From positions 1 to 56,502 of the forward strand of contig JBPCLN010000120.1 of assembly GCA_051003235.1 (NCBI GenBank): 56,502 bases of DNA, read 5' to 3'. The notes under the pieces were generated by a model. The model was given only the letters and a program-made list of their open reading frames with translations, ran no database searches and was not told the DNA's origin. Source of the stretch: Chloroflexota bacterium (GTDB lineage: Bacteria > Chloroflexota > UBA4733). The translations under genes were made by a program, and so were the position numbers. Of the stretch, positions 26,179-36,580 are shown one piece after another; the first letter of the stretch is position 1; each line of letters opens with the position of its first letter.

Positions 26179-27714
26179 ATGCCCGAACCGCACCGACCAG
26201 ATGCGCTGCTTGGGATCGACGTCGGCACGACGGGAGCCCGAGCCCTCCTGGTGAGTCCCACTGGAGGCGTCCTCGGCGCCGCTTCACACGACTACCGGAT
26301 GGCCACCCCGGCGCCGGGCTGGGCGGAACAGGACCCGGTCGACTGGGTCGCCGGCGTAATGCAGGCCGCTCGAGAGGCGCTAATCGCCGCCGGTCAGCCC
26401 AATGTCCTCGCCATCGGACTTACCGGCCAGATGCACAGCTTGGTGCTGCTAGACGCGCATGGTCAAGTGGTGCGTCCGGCCATCCTCTGGTGCGATCAGC
26501 GCACCACCGCCCAGTGCCGGCAGATCACCGCCATCGTCGGAGCCAAGCGCCTTATTGAGCTAACCTGCAATCCGGCCCTGGAGGGCTTTACGGCGCCGAA
26601 GATCCTCTGGGTACGGGAGCATGAGCCGGATGCATACTCCCGGACGCGCCAGGCGCTTCTGCCGAAGGACTATCTCCGTTTCGTGCTCACCGGCGACTTT
26701 GTAACGGATGCCTCCGATGCGTCCGGTACGCTCCTGCTGGACGTTCGTCACCGGCGCTGGTCGACAGAAATGCTGGCCGCACTTGATATCCCAGCCACCT
26801 GGCTACCGGAAGTGGTCGAATCGCCGGTGACCACCGGCCGGCTCACTGCTTCGATGGCGGCGGAGTTAGGTCTGCCCGCCGGTACGCCCGTGGTGGCCGG
26901 CGGCGGCGACCAGGCGGCGGGCGGCGTAGGTAACGGCGTCGTCCGGCCAGGGATCGTTAGCGCGACGATCGGCACGTCCGGTGTCGTCTTTGCCCACAGC
27001 GCCGCGGTGACGCTCGACCCGGGTGGGCGCGTCCACACCTTCTGCCACGCCGTTCCCGACGCATGGCACATTATGGGCGTCACCCAGGGGGCCGGGCTCT
27101 CGTTGCGCTGGTGGCGCGAGCAATTCGCGGCTGCTGAGACAGCCACCGCGCAGCGGCTCGGGACCGATCCCTACACCCTCATAACAGCCGAGGCAGCGAC
27201 CGCCCCGGCCGGCGCCGACGGGCTGCACTGGCTGCCCTACCTCATGGGCGAACGCACGCCCCACCTGGACGCCAACGCCCGCGGCGTACTCTATGGCATC
27301 ACCGGCCGCCACAGCCGTGCCCACGTGTTGCGAGCCGTCATGGAAGGCGTGGTCTACAGCCTGCGCGACAGCCTCGAAATTCTCCGCGAGATGCAGGTGC
27401 CGGTGACGGAAGTACGCGCCTCCGGGGGTGGCGCACGCAGCGCCCTTTGGCGCCAGATTCAGGCCGACGTCTTTGCCAGCCTGGTCGTCACCGTGCACGC
27501 CCAGGAAGGCCCCGCCTACGGCGCAGCGCTGCTTGCCGCTGTCGGACACGGGCTCTATCCCAGCGTCCCGGCTGCCTGCGACGCCTGGATTCGTCAGGAT
27601 TCCAGCACCGCGCCGATCCCCGGCCACGTTGCCGTGTACGCCGAGCAATATCCCATCTATCGCGCACTTTACCCGGCCTTGGCGCCGCTCTTCGCCCACA
27701 GTGGTACCATTTGA
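26179..27714 (+). CDS. xylB: xylulokinase (FGGY carbohydrate kinase family)
   Basis: ..LLGIDVGTTGARALLV...PGWAEQDPVDW.. N-terminus and ..GGGARSALWRQIQADVF...EGPAYGAALLA.. C-terminus match the XylB pattern. Start ATG 26179 follows an AAGGAA SD. Confidence 0.8.
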   Translation: MPEPHRPDALLGIDVGTTGARALLVSPTGGVLGAASHDYRMATPAPGWAEQDPVDWVAGVMQAAREALIAAGQPNVLAIGLTGQMHSLVLLDAHGQVVRPAILWCDQRTTAQCRQITAIVGAKRLIELTCNPALEGFTAPKILWVREHEPDAYSRTRQALLPKDYLRFVLTGDFVTDASDASGTLLLDVRHRRWSTEMLAALDIPATWLPEVVESPVTTGRLTASMAAELGLPAGTPVVAGGGDQAAGGVGNGVVRPGIVSATIGTSGVVFAHSAAVTLDPGGRVHTFCHAVPDAWHIMGVTQGAGLSLRWWREQFAAAETATAQRLGTDPYTLITAEAATAPAGADGLHWLPYLMGERTPHLDANARGVLYGITGRHSRAHVLRAVMEGVVYSLRDSLEILREMQVPVTEVRASGGGARSALWRQIQADVFASLVVTVHAQEGPAYGAALLAAVGHGLYPSVPAACDAWIRQDSSTAPIPGHVAVYAEQYPIYRALYPALAPLFAHSGTI

Positions 27715-27717
27715 TCT

Positions 27718-29178
27718 ATGTTTGAAAGCCTCTCCGAACGCCTGCAAGGGACCTTCGAGGCCATGCGGGGCAAGTCACGCCTCACGCCCGAAGACGTCGA
27801 CGCCGCGTTAGCGGAGGTCCGAAGCGCGCTGATCGCCGCCGATGTCAACTTCCGGGTCGTCCGCGATTTCACGGCCAAGCTGCGCGAACGGGCCCTGGAA
27901 ATCGAAGTTGGAGCCGGTTTGACGCCAGCTCAGAAGGTGGTCCAACTCGTCCACGACGAACTGGTCGAGTTGCTTGGCTCGACCGCCACCCAACTGGAAC
28001 TGAAAGGGCCGGAGCCACACGTCATTATGATGGTCGGCCTCCAAGGCGCCGGCAAGACGACCGGCGCGGGCAAACTTGCGCTCCTGCTCCGCCGGCAGCA
28101 CCACAAACCGTTGCTCGTCGCCGCCGATATTTACCGCCCGGCTGCTATTGAGCAGTTGCAGACGCTGGGCGGCCAGCTTGGCGTGCCGGTATTCAGCGAA
28201 GGAACTACCGTCAAGCCGGAGGACATTTGCGTCCACGCGCTGGAACGGGCCCGCCGTGACGGGAACGATATCGTCATCCTAGATACCGCCGGTCGCCTGC
28301 AGATCGATGAAGAGCGAATGCAGGAGGTACAGCGCATCCACCAGCGCGTCCATCCTGTCGAAACACTGCTGGTCGTCGACGCCATGACGGGACAGGAGGG
28401 GGTCAAGGTCGCGCAGGAGTTCCACAAGCGGGTCGCAGTGACCGGCTTGATCTTCACGCGTATGGACTCCGACGCCCGCGGGGGCGCGGCCCTCTCCATT
28501 CGCGCCGTGACCGGCATTCCGGTGAAGTTCCTGGGCACAAGCGAACGACCTGATGGTCTGGAGCCTTTCTATCCCGACCGTCTGGCGTCGCGTATCCTCG
28601 GCATGGGCGACGTGCTAACACTGATCGAACGCACACAGGATGCGTTCACCGAAGAGCAAGCCAAGGACATGGAGAAGAAGCTGCGAACGGCCAGCTTCAA
28701 CTTCGAGGACTTCTACGGCCAGTTACAAACCATGAAAAAGATGGGGCCACTATCCCAACTGCTCGGAATGATTCCCGGCCTCGGCAGCCTCGTCAAGAAC
28801 GAGGAACTGACGGCCGCGCTGGACGGCAAGGAGATGAAGCACATGGAGGCGATCATCACCTCCATGACCCTGCAGGAACGCCGTCACCCGGAGGTGATTG
28901 ACGGTAGCCGCCGGCGGCGCATCGCCCGCGGCAGTGGCACGACGCCTCAGGAAATAAACCAGCTTGTGAACCAGTTCGAGCAGATGCGCAAGATGATGAA
29001 GCAAGTCACGACCGGCAAGATGCCCCGCGGCATGGGTGGGATGCCGGGCATGGAAGGCATGCCGGCCGGCATGGCGCTACCGCAAGGTCCTGCCCGCCGC
29101 CCGTCCGCTAAGCATCAGCGCGAGCGAGACAAGCCACGGTCGCCGGGGCAGGCACGTCCCAAACATAAGAAGCGTTGA
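27718..29178 (+). CDS. ffh: signal recognition particle protein Ffh
   Basis: MFESLSERLQ.., NG domain (GLQGAGKTT, DTAGR) and a Met-rich M domain. The ATG is 3 nt after the xylB stop. Confidence 0.95.
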   Translation: MFESLSERLQGTFEAMRGKSRLTPEDVDAALAEVRSALIAADVNFRVVRDFTAKLRERALEIEVGAGLTPAQKVVQLVHDELVELLGSTATQLELKGPEPHVIMMVGLQGAGKTTGAGKLALLLRRQHHKPLLVAADIYRPAAIEQLQTLGGQLGVPVFSEGTTVKPEDICVHALERARRDGNDIVILDTAGRLQIDEERMQEVQRIHQRVHPVETLLVVDAMTGQEGVKVAQEFHKRVAVTGLIFTRMDSDARGGAALSIRAVTGIPVKFLGTSERPDGLEPFYPDRLASRILGMGDVLTLIERTQDAFTEEQAKDMEKKLRTASFNFEDFYGQLQTMKKMGPLSQLLGMIPGLGSLVKNEELTAALDGKEMKHMEAIITSMTLQERRHPEVIDGSRRRRIARGSGTTPQEINQLVNQFEQMRKMMKQVTTGKMPRGMGGMPGMEGMPAGMALPQGPARRPSAKHQRERDKPRSPGQARPKHKKR

Positions 29179-29196
29179 GACGGCCGCCTGCATCAT

Positions 29197-29715
29197 TTAG
29201 ACTGGTGGCTGGGAGACGAGACCAATGTTCTTTGGACCGCGGAAGCCAAAGGTCACACGCTCAAAGCGCACCTGTTTACTGTGGTAGTACTGCTCCACTA
29301 CGCCGACCAATTCATCTCGCCCGAGCGTTTGTTCGGCCCAAAAGTTACAACACGGCACCAGGACTACCGGCCGCATTAAAGCGGCCTGGGCGACCGCGCG
29401 CAGCGCTTCGTCCGGATGAAGGCCGACGACGAGGTCGTAATATGGGGCCATCGTTGGATCGAACTCCTCCTGGCGGGCGCTGACGCCCTTGAGCGTCCAA
29501 CCGCGTGGATCAATCACTTCACAGTCGTAGTTGTTCCGCTTTCGGAGCATCCGCGCCAGCAAGCCTTGCCCACCGGCGACGTCGGCAACGGTCTTGATAC
29601 TGTTGCCGAATCGATCAGCAATGAAGTCGGCGAGAATATCGAAGCGTTGGGGGTCGCCGTGAAGGCGGTGCTGTTGCCTGCTCATGTTGTCGTCATTATC
29701 GCTTACGCCTTGCAT
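29197..29715 (-). CDS. uncharacterised class-I SAM-methyltransferase-like protein
   Basis: Only the C-terminal ~170 aa of track ORF 29197..30036 look coding (..VADVAGGQGLLARML.. glycine-rich motif I, ..DLVVGLHPDEA..). The upstream part overlaps the ABC ATPase gene. The start is ATG 29715 or 29685. Confidence 0.5.
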   Translation of the reverse strand: MQGVSDNDDNMSRQQHRLHGDPQRFDILADFIADRFGNSIKTVADVAGGQGLLARMLRKRNNYDCEVIDPRGWTLKGVSARQEEFDPTMAPYYDLVVGLHPDEALRAVAQAALMRPVVLVPCCNFWAEQTLGRDELVGVVEQYYHSKQVRFERVTFGFRGPKNIGLVSQPPV

Positions 29716-29869
29716 CTGGCGCCACCGGTACTTTCTACCTGGCGAGACCAGGCCATTCGATCCCTCGCCCTTTCCTCCGTCCTCCTCTGGTAACGCCGCG
29801 TGCGAGGTCCGATGATTGATCGCAGATGGGGAACGGCCCCGATCCTCGGAAAGGGCACAGGAGGTATGT

Positions 29870-30637
<768 letters not shown>

Positions 30638-30657
30638 CACAGGAAAGGAAAAGAGCG

Positions 30658-31863
30658 ATGCTCCGAAAAATCTGGTATGTCGCTGCCAAAGACCTGCTGC
30701 AACTGACGAAGGATCGGATGGGCCTGGTCCTGCTGATCATTATTCCGCTGGCGCTGATGGGCGTGCTCGGCTCGCTCGTCTCCGGCCTATCGTCCGGCTC
30801 GACGGCCGCAGTACCGCTGCCGGTGGTCAATCACGACACCGGCTCAGCGTCCCTGACGCTGATCGATGCCCTGCGCCATACACCGACCCTCAATGTGCAG
30901 CTCACCGCCGACGAGAACGGGATGAAGCAGGCCGTGCGCGATGGCAATCAGGTTGGCCTCCTGATCATTCCCGCCGGGTTCACGGCGGCGCTGCAATCAC
31001 CGCAACCTGCGGCCCAACTGACTTACTACGCCGTCTCGGGCAATAGCGACCAACGAGCGATCATCGCCAGCACGAGCGTGCAGGACATGGTGCAGCGCTT
31101 TTCCTGGGCGACCGTCACCAGTGATGCCGTCGCCGCAGCGCAACGCCCGGCAACGGGCAAGATCGACCCGGCCCTCACCGCCCAACTCACGGCGCAAGCC
31201 AGCAGCCGGCTCGACAAGGCCCCACCAGTGGCATTGCAAACAATCAACGCGGCCGGTCGCGCGACCAACGTGCAGGATCAGACCGTGCCGGGCTACGCCC
31301 TCATGTTCGCCCTGTTCGGCATCACCGCCGGCGCCGGCTCGCTGCTGGAGGAGAAGGAGAGCGGCACGGTCAAGCGCCTGCTGATCGCGCCGTTGCCGCC
31401 ATTGGCGCTGCTCGGCGGCAAGGCCCTCGCGCTGTTCGTCCAGTCGGTGGCCCAACTCTCGCTGCTCTTCGGCCTCGGCGCCCTGCTCTTCAAGATCAAT
31501 CTCGGTCCCTCCCTGCCGGCGCTGGCATTGCTGATCGTCGGCACGAGCGTGGCGGCGACCGGACTCGGCATGATCCTGGTCTCCTTCGTGCGAACGCAGC
31601 GGCAGTTGCGGCCGATTACCACGCTGGTTACGCTGGGATTTTCGGCAATCGGCGGCTCCTGGTTCCCAATCGCCATGGAGCCGCAGTGGATGCAGAACGT
31701 ATCCAAAGTATCGCTGAACGCCTGGGCCATGCAGGGCTTCACCGGCCTGATGGTCTTCGGCAAGAGCTTCGCCCAGGTGCTGCCCAACATCCTGGCGCTC
31801 TTCCTGTACGGCGCCATCTGCATGACCATTGGGGTGCGCCTGTTCCGGTTTCGGGAGGCGTGA
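30658..31863 (+). CDS. ABC-2-type transporter permease
   Basis: 401-aa ORF: an N-terminal TM segment, a large extracytoplasmic loop, then about 5 C-terminal TM segments. This is the typical ABC-2 architecture. Confidence 0.8.
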   Translation: MLRKIWYVAAKDLLQLTKDRMGLVLLIIIPLALMGVLGSLVSGLSSGSTAAVPLPVVNHDTGSASLTLIDALRHTPTLNVQLTADENGMKQAVRDGNQVGLLIIPAGFTAALQSPQPAAQLTYYAVSGNSDQRAIIASTSVQDMVQRFSWATVTSDAVAAAQRPATGKIDPALTAQLTAQASSRLDKAPPVALQTINAAGRATNVQDQTVPGYALMFALFGITAGAGSLLEEKESGTVKRLLIAPLPPLALLGGKALALFVQSVAQLSLLFGLGALLFKINLGPSLPALALLIVGTSVAATGLGMILVSFVRTQRQLRPITTLVTLGFSAIGGSWFPIAMEPQWMQNVSKVSLNAWAMQGFTGLMVFGKSFAQVLPNILALFLYGAICMTIGVRLFRFREA

Positions 31864-31917
31864 GGGGAGGCCGTACACTGCCAATACCAATATTTTCTCA
31901 AGTCAGGAGTCCATGCA

Positions 31918-33192
31918 ATGAGCAAATTGGCAATCGACGCCAACGATCCACGCTCAGCCAATGGCGTATCATCGCCAATCGATACCGGCCTGGCGCTGGT
32001 GCGCAGCCTGAACTACCTCTGGCTACTGATCATTATCGGGCTACTCGTTATCGGCGGATTGACCACCGTCAGCGACCGGCCCACCCTCTGGTACACCTGG
32101 CGCGGACCGGTCATGGTGTTGGCGTCGCTGGGCGTGGTGGGCTGGTACCTCCTCTTCCCGTTCATCGTCCGGCGCTTCGGTTGGTTGGCGCCTCAGGTCG
32201 CCCAGTACGGGCATCTGACGATAGGGTTCGTTCTGGTCGCGCTCCTCCTCTCGGTCAGCGGGAATTTTGTCGGTCTGATCTTCGCCTTGATCGGCGCGAG
32301 TACGGCGCTCTTGCCTTTCCGCAAAACGCTGCTGCCCATCGGCGTGACTGTCTTTATGTACCTGAACGCGACTGGTCTGCTGCCAGGGAACGCGCCCCCG
32401 CACTCCTTTTCCGATGCCGTTGGAGCGCTCGTCTCGCTGGCGACGAGTGTTGGGATCGTCTACGCTCTGACGGCGCTGATCCGCGAACGCATCCAACGCG
32501 AGCAACTCTTCCAGGAGTTAAGCGCGGCCCACCAACGCTTGCGTCTCTCGGCGGCGCGAGAAGCCGATATGGCGATGCTGCGCGAGCGTAACCGCCTGGC
32601 GCGCGAGCTGCACGACAGCCTGGGGCACGCCCTGGTGTCGATTGCCATCAAACTGGAAGCTGCGCAATACCTATACGCGGTGGACGCCCCGCGCGCATTG
32701 GCGGAGACAGAGGAAACGACCGCCTTGGTACGCTCCACCATGGCCGAGCTGCGGCACTCGCTCGCCGACCTGCGACCCGCGCCCTTGGAGGAGCAGCCGC
32801 TGAGCGACGTTCTTGGCGAGATGACGCGGGCAATGGAACAACGCACGGGCATTCACACCACCTGCGCCATCGACGAACGCGCCGCTTCCTTGGACCGGGG
32901 GGTTCAGGAAGCCCTTTACCGCGTGGGCCAGGAGGCGCTCACCAACGTGACCAAACACGCCAATGCGACACACGTCGCCTTGGCGCTGCGCGTCGGCGAC
33001 GGCAACGCCACGCTGGAAGTTGCCGACGACGGTGTGGGAGTCCGCACGACGGTACGTGGTAGCGCCGGCCGCTACGGCATCGTGGGCATGCGCGAACGCC
33101 TCGACGCGCTGGGCGGCCTGCTCACGCTCGGCCCGCGACCGGACGGCGGTACGGTGGTGCGCGCGAGTATCCCTCTTGAGGCCGGCACATGA
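31918..33192 (+). CDS. sensor histidine kinase, HisKA_3 (DesK/LiaS-like) type
   Basis: Polytopic N-terminus, H-box ..ERNRLARELHDSLGHAL.., and HATPase_c (..NVTKHANA.., ..DDGVG..). Confidence 0.8.
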   Translation: MSKLAIDANDPRSANGVSSPIDTGLALVRSLNYLWLLIIIGLLVIGGLTTVSDRPTLWYTWRGPVMVLASLGVVGWYLLFPFIVRRFGWLAPQVAQYGHLTIGFVLVALLLSVSGNFVGLIFALIGASTALLPFRKTLLPIGVTVFMYLNATGLLPGNAPPHSFSDAVGALVSLATSVGIVYALTALIRERIQREQLFQELSAAHQRLRLSAAREADMAMLRERNRLARELHDSLGHALVSIAIKLEAAQYLYAVDAPRALAETEETTALVRSTMAELRHSLADLRPAPLEEQPLSDVLGEMTRAMEQRTGIHTTCAIDERAASLDRGVQEALYRVGQEALTNVTKHANATHVALALRVGDGNATLEVADDGVGVRTTVRGSAGRYGIVGMRERLDALGGLLTLGPRPDGGTVVRASIPLEAGT

Positions 33193-33824
33193 GCGAGGTG
33201 CGCATCCTGCTGTGCGAAGATCAGACGATTGTGCGCGATGGACTACGGACCATCCTGAACCTGCAGCCGGACATGACCGTCGTCGGCGAGGCTGCCGATG
33301 GGGAAGAGGCGGTGCAACATGCCCTCGCCTTGCGTCCCGACATCGTCCTCATGGATATCCAGATGCCGCGCCGGAATGGCGTGGAAGCCACAGCGCTGAT
33401 CACCGCGGCCCTCCCGACCGCTCGCGTGATCGTCTTGACCACCTTCGACTACGACGACTACGTCTTCGACGCAGTGAAGGCCGGGGCGGTGGGCTATTTG
33501 CTCAAAGATGTACCGGCACGGGAGCTGATCGCCACAATTCGCCTGGTACAGGCCGGCGAAACCTTCATCCAGCCGCGAGTAGCCAGCAAGCTGCTGCTGG
33601 AGTTCGGGCGCCGCTCACGTACTCCCCAGGTGGAGGACCTGACGGAGCGGGAGCAGGAGGTGTTGACCCTCCTCGCCGGGGGAGCCAGCAACCGCGCGAT
33701 CAGTACCGCGCTCTCGCTGGCGGAGAGCACCGTCAAGAACCACGTCTCCACGATCCTAGCCAAACTGCACGCGGCCAACCGCACCCACGCCGTCAGCCTG
33801 GCCCGGGCGCAAGGGTTGATATAA
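33189..33824 (+). CDS. NarL/LuxR-family response regulator
   Basis: REC domain (..ILLCEDQ...DIVLMDIQMP..) plus a LuxR HTH (..LTEREQEVLTLLAGGASNRAISTALSLAESTVKNHVSTIL..). ATGA overlap with the kinase gene. Confidence 0.9.
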   Translation: MSEVRILLCEDQTIVRDGLRTILNLQPDMTVVGEAADGEEAVQHALALRPDIVLMDIQMPRRNGVEATALITAALPTARVIVLTTFDYDDYVFDAVKAGAVGYLLKDVPARELIATIRLVQAGETFIQPRVASKLLLEFGRRSRTPQVEDLTEREQEVLTLLAGGASNRAISTALSLAESTVKNHVSTILAKLHAANRTHAVSLARAQGLI

Positions 33825-33983
33825 GCGTCGGCCCGACTCGCGGCGCGCCACCGGCGGCACCGATCTTGCAAATACGGTAGTCTCTGGCGTGAACGGGCCC
33901 CACGTGTCAGGCGTCCGGCAGTTCCCTTGCGGGTGAACCCACGCGATCCGCCAGGGCAGCGTAGCAGGTAGGAACTGGGATAC

Positions 33984-35132
33984 GTGGAGAACCGTCCGGC
34001 AACACGTTCAACAATCGACTGGGCGCGCACCCGCGACGTGCTCATCAGCATTATCGCGCTGGGAGTCATCCTCTCCTCCGTCGGCCAGGTATTGCACAAC
34101 GTCACGCAGACCGTCGTGATCTTCATCGTGGCCTCGTTGGTCGCCTTTGCCCTGGTGCCAATCGTCAATGGTCTGGCCGCCCGCGGGGTGCCACGCTTGC
34201 TGGCGATTACGATCGTCTATGTGGGCCTCCTGCTACTCCTGATCTTCGGTGGTTACTGGATCGGTGTGCAACTCGCCACGCAAATCAACACGCTGGTGAC
34301 CCAGCTTCCTTCTTCTACCTCCCAGGTCCAGGGTTTCTTGAAGCAGGTGCAATCGCAGCTGGCGGCCCATAATCTCAATATCGATCTCCAATCGCAGCTC
34401 AGCGGCGCCATTTCCGGACTGCAGAGTCAACTGTCGGGGGTGCTCAGTCAGAGCCTGAAGATCGTCACCGGCCTGACAACGGCCGTCATCAGTATCGTAC
34501 TGGTCATCTTCTTTAGCATCTATCTGGTGGCCGACTCGCAGATCATCAGTCAAAATGCCCCTCGCTTGGTACCGCGCCGCTACCAACGAATCATTCGCTT
34601 CATCGAAGTCACGATGACGGAAAAGGTTGGCGGATTCATTCGTGGGCAAATCGTCATGGCGATCATCGTTGCCGTCACGACCGGTCTCGTGGCGACGGTC
34701 TTGCATGTCCATTTTCCCCTGATCCTCGGTGTCCTCGCCTTTTTCTTTGAGTTGATCCCTACTATCGGGCCGATCCTCATCGGCCTGTCTCTGGCGCTCG
34801 TGGCCATATTCCAGTCGGTGGTCCTTCTGGTGGAGGTGGTGGTCTTCTATATCATCCTGAATACGATCGAGAGCAACGTGTTGGGGCCGCGGATCGTGGG
34901 CCAGGCCGTGGGTCTGCCACCATTTGTGTCGCTGGTCGCCATCGTGGCCGGCGCCGAGGCCGGCGGTATTCTCGGAGCGCTCTTCGCTGTCCCGGCCACC
35001 GCACTGTTCGTCACCCTCGCCGGCGCCGCGATCGAGGAATGGAAAGCGCAGACTACGGCCGTCCCGGAGGCCCTGCCCCCAGAGGTCATTCCTGCTACGT
35101 CGATGAACAACGAACCGGCGCCACCGTCCTGA
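33984..35132 (+). CDS. AI-2E family transporter (PerM/UPF0118)
   Basis: 382-aa polytopic ORF with the family-typical ..GFIRGQIVMAIIVAV.. and ..EL IPTIGP.. region. GTG start. Confidence 0.8.
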   Translation: MENRPATRSTIDWARTRDVLISIIALGVILSSVGQVLHNVTQTVVIFIVASLVAFALVPIVNGLAARGVPRLLAITIVYVGLLLLLIFGGYWIGVQLATQINTLVTQLPSSTSQVQGFLKQVQSQLAAHNLNIDLQSQLSGAISGLQSQLSGVLSQSLKIVTGLTTAVISIVLVIFFSIYLVADSQIISQNAPRLVPRRYQRIIRFIEVTMTEKVGGFIRGQIVMAIIVAVTTGLVATVLHVHFPLILGVLAFFFELIPTIGPILIGLSLALVAIFQSVVLLVEVVVFYIILNTIESNVLGPRIVGQAVGLPPFVSLVAIVAGAEAGGILGALFAVPATALFVTLAGAAIEEWKAQTTAVPEALPPEVIPATSMNNEPAPPS

Positions 35133-35158
35133 CCGCCGCTACGCTATACTCCCTGCCA

Positions 35159-36448
35159 ATGCAACCACCTCTGGCCGTTGTCCTCGCCGGTGGCGCGAAC
35201 TCGCGCTTCTGGCCGCTGCGTGAAAAGTCGCTCTTGACGCTCATGGGACAGTCGTTGCTACAGCGGCACCTGGCGGCGCTTGCGGCGGCGGGGATCGAGG
35301 AGGGCGTGATCGTCGGCACGGCCGCCAACTACGCCCAACTGGCGGCCGAGGCGGCCGCACTCCCATCGCCAACCATGCACGTCGTCGTGCAGGAGGAGCC
35401 GCGGGGGATGGGCGACGCCATCCTGGCGGCGTTGCGCACGCTGCCGGCCGCCACCGCGCGACCGCTGCTGGTGACGCAGGTCCATGACCTCATTGCCGGA
35501 GACCTCCTCGGCCGGATCGTGACCGCCTACCAGGCGAATCCCCGCCGCTCGTACCTGGTCGCCTACCGCGCCCACGCCTACTTCCCCGGCGGCTACTTCC
35601 GCCTGGAAGGAGATCGCGTTGTCGAACTCGTGGAGAAGCCGGGCGCCAGCAATACGCCGAGCGATCTCGTGAGCATCGTCATCCGGCTGCATCGCGATAC
35701 GGCAGGGCTGGCCCAAGCACTCACGGCTGCCTACGCCGCCGGGGGGCCGGACGACCACTATGAACGGGCCATCGGCCGGCAAATGGGCGACCATGAACAC
35801 GCCCTGGTGATCCACGAAGGCGCCTGGGCCGCGATCAAGTACCCGTGGCATGTCCTAGACGCCGTCGATCTGGTCCTCGCCAGCATCACTGCGCCGCAAA
35901 TTGCCCCTGATGCCAGCATCGACAGCCGCGCGTCAGTCAGCGGCAATGTCATCATCGCCCCGGGCGCCCGTCTCTTTGCCGGCGCCGCAGTCGTGGGTCC
36001 GGCCTACGTCGGTCGCAATACTGTCGTCGGTAACAATGCGCTGGTGCGTCAGTCTTGTGTGGAGGCGGACTGTGTCGTCGGCTTCGGCAGCGAGGTGGCC
36101 CGCAGCTATATCGGCCCCGGCTGCTGGTTCCATACCAACTACATCGGCGATTCAGTGATCGGTTCGGGGAGCACATTCGGTGCGGGCATGGTGACGGCCA
36201 ATCTGCGCCAGGACCATGGCAGCGTGCATTCCGTCGTGCGCGGCGAACGCATCGACAGCGGACGCGATAAGCTCGGCCTGATCTGCGGCGCTCACACCGC
36301 CTTCGGCGTGCAAGCGGCGTCCATGCCTGGCGTCAAGGTCGGCGAAGGCAGCCAGATTGGACCGGGCGTCATTCTCTACCACGACGTGGCGGAACGCCGC
36401 CGCCTGCTGCTCCGTCAAGACGTGGTCGAGCGGGACCTCTCTCTCTGA
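35159..36448 (+). CDS. sugar-phosphate nucleotidyltransferase with C-terminal left-handed beta-helix (GlmU/GCD1-like)
   Basis: MQPPLAVVLAGGANSRFWPL.. NTP-transferase N-terminus, with hexapeptide-repeat-like C-terminal 150 aa. The track start 35039 overlaps the AI-2E gene. Confidence 0.75.
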   Translation: MQPPLAVVLAGGANSRFWPLREKSLLTLMGQSLLQRHLAALAAAGIEEGVIVGTAANYAQLAAEAAALPSPTMHVVVQEEPRGMGDAILAALRTLPAATARPLLVTQVHDLIAGDLLGRIVTAYQANPRRSYLVAYRAHAYFPGGYFRLEGDRVVELVEKPGASNTPSDLVSIVIRLHRDTAGLAQALTAAYAAGGPDDHYERAIGRQMGDHEHALVIHEGAWAAIKYPWHVLDAVDLVLASITAPQIAPDASIDSRASVSGNVIIAPGARLFAGAAVVGPAYVGRNTVVGNNALVRQSCVEADCVVGFGSEVARSYIGPGCWFHTNYIGDSVIGSGSTFGAGMVTANLRQDHGSVHSVVRGERIDSGRDKLGLICGAHTAFGVQAASMPGVKVGEGSQIGPGVILYHDVAERRRLLLRQDVVERDLSL

Positions 36449-36471
36449 CTCTCTCCCCGGCGCGGAGAGAG
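36449..36471 (+). terminator. Hairpin directly after the nucleotidyltransferase stop
   Basis: CTCTCTCC (36449-36456) pairs with GGAGAGAG (36464-36471). No U-tract. Confidence 0.35.
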
Positions 36472-36555
36472 AGAACGCAGCCGGAATCGGAGTTGTCCTC
36501 GGTCGACACCGCACCGAAAGAGTGCCGAGCAGACAACCGTTGATCGAATTGCGTT

Positions 36556-36580
36556 CCTCCTCCCCGCGCCGGGGAGGAGG
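36556..36580 (-). terminator. 11-bp hairpin directly after the stop of the convergent membrane-protein gene
   Basis: CCTCCTCCCCG (36556-36566) pairs with CGGGGAGGAGG (36570-36580) around a 3-nt loop. No U-tract. Confidence 0.4.
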
